Shown here: positions 54,602 through 64,000 of the stretch, piece after piece
Position numbering within the stretch: position 1 is the stretch's first letter
Layout: the number at the start of each line of letters is the position of its first letter
DNA from: Eledone cirrhosa
Taxonomy: Eukaryota
Length of the DNA stretch: 64,000 nucleotides
Direction of reading: 5' to 3'
Assembly: GCA_964016885.1 (NCBI GenBank)
Contig: OZ024743.1
Span: 246,140,001 to 246,204,000, forward strand
Notes under the pieces: generated by a model
Databases searched by the model: none
The model's input: the letters and a program-made list of their open reading frames with translations, nothing else
What the model was told of the DNA's origin: nothing
Program-made: the position numbers and the translations under genes

Positions 54602-54682
54602 AAATTAATCAGCCTTAATAAAATTAATATTCAAACTCTACTTCAGTATTGAGTAATCTTTTTTCTAGGCCATCAACTACAT

Positions 54683-54777
<95 letters not shown>

Positions 54778-54807
54778 GATAGGATCGAAATCATTGTTGC
54801 AGCATAT

Positions 54808-54949
54808 GTACAGACTTTATTGGCATATTACAATTGTTTCAATATCTATCAACAAGGTATAATCAGAATGACTCTTATTCGACATCTCTTCAGATATGCA
54901 AGTTTATATCGATATCAAAACAATTGTAATATGCCAATAACTTTTGTAC
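54808..54949. repeat. Degenerate fold-back with HHR 3'-half (GAAACAAUUGUA)
   Basis: ttattggcatattacaattgttt and aaacaattgtaatatgccaataa. Similar to the 38111-38332 arm. Confidence 0.7.
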
Positions 54950-55105
54950 ACTGTATTCGATTCTACTTACTCTATTTACACCCTGAAAGTCCAGAGCCGC
55001 CTTAACTCTGGAACATAACCCAACACAGATCTCGTAACAGCATTGAGTGCTTCAAACGGTGCGCAGCCTGTAATTGCAGTTACACACCTAATTAACATGT
55101 AGGTG

Positions 55106-55260
<155 letters not shown>

Positions 55261-55565
55261 CGGGTTGCTTTAGTTTACGTCTACGAAATTCCACTCATAA
55301 AGTGATATTTGAGTAACGAATATGAGTGTACAGCTAAATAAATACTGAGTGTTAGTAGAGAGTTGATTGAGTGGTGACTGTGAGTGGAGGGTTCAGTGGA
55401 TGATGAGTGCGTGTATGAATGAATGGTGAATCAAAGTGGAGGATGAAGTGAAGGCACAAATGTTACTTCCAATTTTCACCCCTATACATCTGGAACCTTA
55501 TGTCAATGTTGGATTTTATTCAACATACGAATCATATTGGAGTACTGCTAACATATCTAGAACAT

Positions 55566-55649
<84 letters not shown>

Positions 55650-55793
55650 GACACACCTACATACATATATATTATTTACACAGATGTTTACCTCCACACA
55701 CTCACACACATATATAAATATATAAATAAATGCATTAAGAACACGATGTTTGTGTCTATATATTGAAAATGTATGTTTGTGCGTGTCTTCCCA

Positions 55794-55856
<63 letters not shown>

Positions 55857-56012
55857 CCTCTCTTTCTCGTCACTATTTTAATTAACCACAACTGCTCCGG
55901 TACTCGGAAGGGATGTTAACTTGAGAAACAGAAAGCAAGAGTCATTATGTATTGTTTTAACTGCAGCAAGACAACGGAACCTCGTGCGACAGCTTAACAA
56001 CAGATTTTGTTA

Positions 56013-56106
<94 letters not shown>

Positions 56107-57887
56107 TGTTGTCTGAAGTTGGGAGAGGGAATTTTGTGAAATATATCTATGTCGTCTCGCAGTGATCAGGAAAGGGTTTAGCATATAGTTGAGACGCATA
56201 CATATGTGCGTTGGACATCCGTCGTTTACGACGCTGAATATCCCAGTTGTTTAACCGGCGTAATAGCCTGTTCGTAAAATTAACGTACAAGTGGTTGAGC
56301 TCCACAGACACCTGCCCCGTTCATGTAGTCTCAGGGAGATGCAGCGTGACACAATGTGTGTATGACAAGGCTGGTCCTTTGAATTGCAGGTACAATTCAT
56401 TTTTGCCAGATGAGTGGACTGGAGCAACACGAAATAAAGTGACTTACCCAAGGACACAACTGACCACCGGGAATCGAACTCATGATCTTGTGGGGTTTAA
56501 TCATCAGGTATTTAGTAAATTAAATAAAGTTTTTTAACGCTTAGTCAAGAGGAAGGACAGAGCTCATCGCCCTTTTCAGCGTCTCTGAAACTGGAGAGAA
56601 GGAGGGAGATTTATCCCAGACTGGAGACAAGGCCTAAATTCTTAGAACAGATTGGACTCCAAGGAGCAGAGAGGAAATTGAAACTGGTCTGCGGACTCGA
56701 TTGACAGGAACAATCCTTTTGCTCATTGCTCTCTCCAAAGATCACTATATAGAAAGATTAATGTTCACGATAAGGATCCTTTTAAACTGTTGTGTTTTGT
56801 ATCAACATACAGAGCAGGCGTCTCAGTATTTCATACCCTAGGTTAGCCCTACAATATTACCCCAGTCTCCCAGTTATGCGCTCCGTGCTTTCAAATAAAA
56901 TAATTTCAACTTACAGTTCGACAAGCTAACAAACTTAGTTTTTGGCACTTCTTTCTTTGACCAGACTAAGAAAATTACTTAGCCTGCATTTTCCACTTGT
57001 AAGTAATAGCACCATTCGACCCTCTCCGCTGCTTTAGATATTTCCACAACGCTGCTACGCGGCAAAGATGTTCGCGATTTATTCATTGATCACAAATTAT
57101 TATATATTTAGGTTAATCATACAGATTTGTATAAAACTGTGATCCTTTAAGGTTCAGAAATGGACATTTTTGAGGCCTGCACCGTAGGGGATTGCTTGGT
57201 CTGGCAGTAATGTCGTTCCTATCACCGTATTCTAGGGAATACTGAATACATTCGTGTCATGTGAAGAGAGGTAAATAAATGTTTAAAACAAAGCCTTTAT
57301 TAGTTGAAGAAATAGGGAGTAATGGGTTGGGGGTGCTTATTAACGCTGCGTGGCCTGGTTGTTAGGAAGTTTGTTTCGGAATCATATGGTCCAGGGTTCG
57401 ATCACACTGCTTGGCATCTTGAGTAAGTGTCATTTACCATAGTTTCGGGTCGATTGATGCTTTGTGAATGAATCTGAGCAAATGGAAACTTACTCTGTCA
57501 TACCTGTAACTTAAGGAGCCAGCCTTGCCGTTCGATGTGTCACGCTGAATTGCCCTGAGAATTAAGTTGAGCGTACACGTTCCTGTGAAATGCTCAGTTA
57601 CTTGCACGTTAATTTCACAAGCAATCTGTTCCGTTGAACAAGCAGCTGGAACAATTATCAACGAAACTGATGGAGGTCCATTGCGGGATGGCTGTAAGTG
57701 AAATTGAGAAGTGTAAGAAAATGCGCGAACTGAAGTGGATCCCTCTTTGAAAACTTCTCACGAAACAAAACGCTATTAACTTTTATGAGTTTAATGAACA
57801 GTTTTTAACCTACACTGACCATCACTGGGACTTGAGTAGGTTTTAAAAAAATATATTCTAATGATCAAATTAGGTAAATGTAAAATA

Positions 57888-58720
57888 AATAATTGTTTCT
57901 ACTTTTTGGCACAAGGCCAGCAATTACCCAGTACATTACTGGTACTTTATTTTATCGACCCCGTAAGGATGATAGGCAAAGTGAACTCAGACCGTAAAGG
58001 GACGTAACTATGCTGGAAAGCATGGCGTCCGACTCTCTACCGATACTGCCAATCCACCATGGTTTCTGATTTAGGTATAAGGCTAGCAATTTAAGGGGAT
58101 GAGTATTAGACTGGTGCTTTATTTTATCAGCTCAGTAAGGACCAAAGGTAAAGTTGACCTCGGCGAGATTTGAATACAGAACGTAAAGAGCAGGAATAAA
58201 TACTTCAATGCATTTCTTTCGACGCTCTAACGATTCTGCCAACCCACCGCCTTTATATAAAGCAAATAATATATAGAGTATAATATTTTCTCATACAATC
58301 GGAAATGAACCCGTTTTTTTACAAAAGAAGCTAAATCTAACGATGGCGATAAGATCTTTAGTAGATGACACCTTATGATTCAATGCACAAGAATAGTTCC
58401 AGGCTTTTAATGCTGTACTTAGAAAGTTTTTGATTTTAAAATAATGTCTATTACAATTTCCGGGTTGTATACAGGATTCATATAGATTTCGTGGGAAGAA
58501 AGCTGAATCGAATTTATATTTATTACAAGTCCATGTCAGCGTATTTAGCACCCCATGGTAACTCCACAATAGGCGGCAAATTGGCAGAGTCATTAGAAAG
58601 TCGGATAGAATGCTTCATGGTATTCGTTCCGGCTCTGAGTTCAACTCCCGCCGAGGTCAACTTTGCTTTTCATCCTTTCGGGGTCGATAAAAAAAGTACC
58701 AGTCTCGTACTGGAGTCGAT
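57888..58720. mobile_element. Cluster of SINE family A copies (57888-58038 -, 58040-58251 -, 58572-58720 +)
   Basis: Shared head, B box and gtcgataaa..agtaccag body. Confidence 0.8.
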
Positions 58721-59280
58721 TCTTGCTCTATATCTCTTTCTCAGTTTTCTCTCTCTCTCTCACTTTCTATCTTTCTCTGGAAGAAATCTGCTGTACTCAA
58801 GTCTGGAATGGGATGGGTTCGCCAGGCTTGAAAGTGCCCAAGAAACGCTGTTTGTCAATACAACGCCCCTTCGATTCTATCAGGAGTTACGGGGCCATAC
58901 ATACAAGTCCATTCTCACCAAACATTTATAATTATTACAAATACAACCTCCCCACAAAACATGATTAATTATTACAAACCAATGATCATGGGGTGGTGAG
59001 TTCGATTCCTTAACAAGGCGGAGTATTTTGTCCTTGAGCTGGACACTTTATTTCACGTTGCTCTAGTTTACTTAGCTATAAGAAAATGAGTTGTGTCTGT
59101 AATTAAAAAGACCAGCATTGTTACATCACCCGTGTTAATACCCACTTTTTCCCGTTTGAGAGTTCATATGCCCTAACATTGGACGATTTACTGTAGTCAA
59201 TATACGTTGAGAGCTAATTCTGTTTTCAAAATTTTCAATCGCCACCGTATTCTAATTCTAATTCACACGCGCTTATACAT

Positions 59281-59640
59281 TTCTTCTTCTTTTTCTTCTT
59301 TTTCTTCTTTTTCTTCTTTTTCTTCTTTTCCTTCTTTTTCTTCTTTTTCTTCTTTTTCTTCTTTTTCTTCTTCTTTTTCTTCTTCTTTTTCTTCTTCTTC
59401 TTCTTCTTCTTCTTCTTCCACTTATTTCTGAGAGGGTTGTGGGGGCAGAGTCCTCAAACACTCGTTTCAGTGGGTCCTGTCAAAAGCAATCGTCTCCAAT
59501 AGATCCGGCTGGATCCCCAAGCCGAGCTCATGGATGTTATCCAACCATCTTGCTCGAAGTCTACCCCTGTGTCTCCTGCTGGTTGGTTTTGTCGGTAAAA
59601 ATCTGTCCAGCGATAGTTTTTCCCAGCCAAATCAAGCAAG
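59281..59640 (-). pseudogene. 3' end of an RTE-clade LINE with GAA-rich tail
   Basis: Minus strand RRHRGRLRARWLDNIHELGLGIQPDLLETIAFDR, resembling the RPRGRPRxRW RTE C-terminus, followed by a (GAA/GAAAAA)n tail. Confidence 0.7.
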
Positions 59641-60656
59641 CACTACATGCAAATGAACTTTTCGCGCAGATATTTTTTATGCAAAAATTATGTTATAGCT
59701 TATTCTTCTTTCAGTACTGAGTAAACGTCACAGGTGATGGATTTTTTTGAATCCTGAAATACTAGTGTCTGGCGTTCTCACACGGCTACTGAAATAGATG
59801 TGACACCTTAAAATATTTATAGCGAGGTTTGTATAAGTGTGTGGCGGATAAATCTATCGGAGAATACGAGTTAGTAAAAGTTGTAGAAGACTGTGTTCGT
59901 TTCTCGGGGTTACCAGTTGTTAACAAGGTTTATTTTATAATAACAATATTCACTTTGAACATAAATAATATTTATGACATGAATTATCCGTACATTAAAT
60001 TGCTTACTAACTTCTACGAGTTAGCGTACATGCATGTGTTGTATCTTACAGATACAATATGACAGAGACGAAAGAATAGGTGAAGCATAGAATGTAAACG
60101 ATAGGAACTTACTATGTGTGTGTGTGTGTGTGCCTATTCTTAGAATATATTCTTCTTCTCAAGGATGCTGCTTCCTGTCTGGCTGCCTGGCTGTGTCTGT
60201 GGCCGGTAAGGTGGAAGCCAGTAAAGGCCAGGACAGAGATAGAGTGAAAGGTCTACCGATGCCTACATCGTTATCACTTGCTGACTGCTGCTTCGGGACT
60301 GTCCTTGGGTTTCCTAAGTCGTTGTATTTATAATAACCTTATAGTTAGAAGGATGGATATATGAGGTTGATTTATGATCAGCCATGTGGTTATTGTCTCC
60401 CAAGAAGCTGGGGTCACAGGTCAAGTGGAATGTACGTTTATCATCGCTGTCTTTGACAAGACAATGGTAAGAACCTCCAACGATAGATAGTCCCAGAGGC
60501 GAGAAACCTCAGATTCGGTTTCGAATCTTCGCTGGTAAAACATAGGAGTATTCCGTTATAGGTTTATAAATCCATCGTATATGCCATCATATACAGCATA
60601 TCGTATAAGCCATTAAGGGTACTAGTGTATGTGAAAAAATCAGTCACTAATACAGT

Positions 60657-60845
60657 AATTGTTTCTACTATTGGCACAAGGCCAGAAATTACCCAGTACA
60701 TTACTGGTACTTTATTTTATCGACCCCGTAAGGATGAAAGGCAAAGTTAACCTCGGCGGGATTTGAACTCAGAATAGCAAGGGCCGTAACTCTATGCATC
60801 AAAGTATGGCGTCCGACCCTCTACCGATACTGCCAATCCACCGCC
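60657..60845 (-). mobile_element. SINE family A with 19-bp TSD
   Basis: cagtcactaatacagtaat at 60641-60659 and 60845-60863. Confidence 0.9.
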
Positions 60846-61425
60846 AGTCACTAATACAGTAATACAAGATGAACGTACCTGTAATTCAAAGAGGTAACCT
60901 TGCCACACATTTTATCAGACTAAATATCCCCGATAACTAAGTTAATGGTGTTAGTATCCAGGGAATGTTCAGCCACTTGCACGTTAACTTAGCGAGAAGA
61001 CTGTTCCGCTGTTCGAAGAATTGGAGCAAACATCGTCAAAACCGACGGAGGATCTAGTAATGTATTGAATTATTTTATTTATATATGTAATCTTTATCGT
61101 TGGTTAATAAACCTTACCAACTCAATGAACGTCGTTGTAAACAGTTGTGTTGGTACAGTTATACAAAGTTATATCTAGCATTTCCCAGTCTTTCCTGTAC
61201 AGCCATGCAAGTCTGTACACATTCTTCTTCTTTATAGTAAGTATTAGCTTAAGTGTTTCGCATGGCGACACCGATGTTATTTCACACTCGGACATGGGAA
61301 GGTTTCTCCTTTATATCTCTACATAGTTTCATAAATACTTATCTATGTATTGGTTTCTTATGTCTAGAGAAGATGGCAGAATCGGTAGAGTGACGGACAA
61401 AATGCCGTGTGGAATTTAGTTAATA

Positions 61426-62586
61426 CTAGCAGTGTATCCTGGCGTTGCACGGGTAAGAACATTGGTAATAGCACCTCCAATGAGAAACTTTATTTGTGAG
61501 TGCCTGTTAAAACTCACGAAAATATACCGACAGGAAACTTGTTTTATTTGGAGAAAAATAAGAAGTTTAAAGTACAATTTAGCTGTCTACGTGCATTGTT
61601 CATAGAAATATTGTTGAGCCCCTTCTTTTCATACTTCTCTGTTTTGGTCTTTTAGAGTAATTGTGAAAGAGAAAGTCACAGGTTAAGATGGCAGAAGGTT
61701 CCAGTGTCATAGCAGAAAGGCGTAGGCTACTTACCTCAAAAGTTCATTCGCACTCTTTCCACTAAGTTACTCTTTCTCTCTATCCCTGTCGGTGCAGTCC
61801 ATTGCGAATTTCTCGCGTAGGCCTGGTGTAGATTTGCACCCGATCCATCTACCCGATGCACATGTCCGCTTTGTACGGCTTTTGGAGGAAGGAGTGACCA
61901 GCAGTACGTTGTTCGGTATTATTACGAAAAGGTGTAGCAGAGAATCCCGCGTGAACTAACAGCTCGGGAGGAAACTGCTTACCTCGAAGATTCATTCGCT
62001 ATCGTTCTTGTCAATGCTCCGTTTAGTTGGTATTTATTGGTCTACAGTTAGATGAATGGCGCACAAAGGGTTAATGTTTATTAGCAAGAAGTGCAACTGG
62101 GCTGGCTTGCCTCGTTTATATTATATATTAAAATAACAGATTAAAGTTTAAGCAAAGAATCGCTGCTTTCACCATTAACGGGGTCTTCTGAAACTAAAAA
62201 AAAATCAATCTGTGAACGCAGAAGTAAATATTTCGAAAAATGCTGCAACCGAAGGAAAACATGAAGACGATACTTTGGTTCGTGAAGACGTTCCCTGAAC
62301 GGAAAATAGCGAACATAATACGTCATCAATGTTCGTCAGAATGTCGTAATGCAGACAGCCAGGCATACAGACAGATATTATAAGAGCACGACGGAGATGG
62401 ATAACCGGCGCCTAACACACCTTTAACAACAGAAAATTGAAACATAAAAGCTGCAGTTAATATCTTCAGACCGCAAGGAATATATAAATGCAAGTTTGAA
62501 GTCAATCGGAGTAGAAATGTGGATTTGTATAGACTTTGCAAAAATGAGGACACACACACAGACAACTACAGTTTTATATATATAGA
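61426..62586 (-). mobile_element. Non-autonomous Helitron inserted into a SINE head
   Basis: Minus strand A|TCTATATATATAAAAC at 62586 and hairpin cccgtgcaacgccagg then CTAG|T at 61426. Internal modules shared with 30537-30760 and 29830-29890. Confidence 0.75.
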
Positions 62587-63651
62587 TTATTACGTTTTAT
62601 ATTCTGCCATTGTGAACACTCCATGGCCAAGTGGTTCAGGAGTTCACCCCGCAAGCGTAGGGTGATATCTTGGGCAAACATCATTTAACATAGCTTACGG
62701 TCGAACCAACACTTCTGAGGGGATCTGAGCAGACGGAAACCGCCCTGAAGACTATCGGGTAGATTGTACCTGTAATTCAATAGGCTAGCCTTGTCACACT
62801 GTGTCACGGTCACTCTCCTCAAAAATTACGTTAGGGTTACACGTGTTGAATACTCAGCTACTTGCACGTTGGTTTCAGGATCAGAGTGTTGTTCCGTTGA
62901 TCAAATAACTGGAACACCCATTGTCGAAACCGACGGAGGTCCATTCTACAGTACATGCATCGAGTACTACCATGATTTGAAGTTTTCGCGGTCCTCGCAC
63001 TACACACACGCACACACACACATATATATATATATATAACAGGAATGTTAGCGGATCTAAAAATAAACACACATAAGGCAAAACCGACTCAATGTTGCTA
63101 TTTAGGATCAACAAATAAAATCTCGTTTTGTCGAGGACATCAGCCGGTCACTTGAACTCAATGTTGTCAAACTGGTTGAAGAAGAGAAAGAAGACATTTA
63201 TAGACGAATAACAAGACAGTGACAACACTAGTTGCTAAAATACACACTCTTAGAGCCTCTGCGTGCTAGAAAGAGCTGTAAAATCTGTTTTAAATCCAAA
63301 ACATCTTAAACAAGGAAGTAAACATTGAATAATGTTTTATTTTAATGGTTTTGTTAGAAGACGAAGAGCAACGCCTGCGTCCATTATCACGGATTTTGAT
63401 ATTAGCTGGAGGAAGTGAAGAAATTATCTTTATATCAGCCACTTGGCCTGAATGTAACGTCATTGTTATCGTTAGTTGCCCGAGCAGATGATGCAGTTGG
63501 TAGAACATTTCTTGGAAATTAATCGTGGTAATTTTGCATAATGGTATTGTTTGAAACCCAAAGTTTATATTCTTTGTAACAAAAGCACAAGATTAAAAAA
63601 ATACTATTACCTCTTGCAAAACATAGATAAACAAACAATCGACAACGAAGG

Positions 63652-64000
63652 GCTTCAGGTCGCACAGCATGGATGTAGTAGCCATTTGCGAGTCCATGAT
63701 CCACAGCAAGCGACAACTGGCCCCCATCTTCGACGACTTTGAGATCTACGCATCTCTCTGTCAGCCTGGAGGTGGGGGTGGGATTGCCGTTTTTCTGCGG
63801 AAACACCTGGACCTCGTAACACAGACGGTACATCTGGACCCGGAGGGTCGACTGGTGGTCCTAGATGTTGACGGTAGTGAAGGTGGAGCCTTCAGGCTGG
63901 TGGCCGCATATGCCCCATCCGGGACACCGCGGCCAGACTTCTTCAAACGTCTAGAGAATTTTCTGGGAACGTCCCGCTCTCTGCTGTTAGTGGGGGACTG
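63652..64000 (+). CDS. AP-endonuclease domain of an L1/Tx1-like LINE ORF2, open to the window end
   Basis: MDVVAICES...GGGIAVFLRKHL...DPEGRLVVLDV...FRLVAAYAPSG...DFFKRLENFLGTSRSLLLVGD. Abrupt GC increase. Not in the ORF track. Confidence 0.85.

Noticed and set aside
59273-59461. Arg/Lys-rich protamine-like ORF
   Set aside because: It is the GAA-rich tail of an RTE LINE fragment.

Overview
Eukaryotic, AT-rich, repeat-saturated window with no recognisable host gene. The SINE and microsatellite content resembles a mollusc, probably a cephalopod (inference). Most ORFs in the track are microsatellite artefacts. Real coding remnants are degenerate Penelope-like retroelements (PLEs; RT plus GIY-YIG) of about three different types, RTE, RLE-type and L1/Tx1-like LINE fragments, and Helitron, hAT and mariner fragments. 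There are many tRNA-derived SINEs and a ~9.5-kb 34-bp minisatellite lying inside a hAT element. The main hidden signal is RNA-level: reading by eye I find about 20 type I hammerhead ribozyme (HHR) motifs from roughly 12 sequence families. They sit in PLE 3' ends, in fold-back palindromes and in small non-coding tandem units inserted in (TA)n. These include a 5 x 310-bp retrozyme-like array (44131-45672), two unrelated HHR elements preceded by the same octamer/PSE-like/TATA block, several palindromes centred on an HHR stem II, and core variants (U3-A8, U4A). All folds were assigned manually and no cleavage activity is demonstrated.
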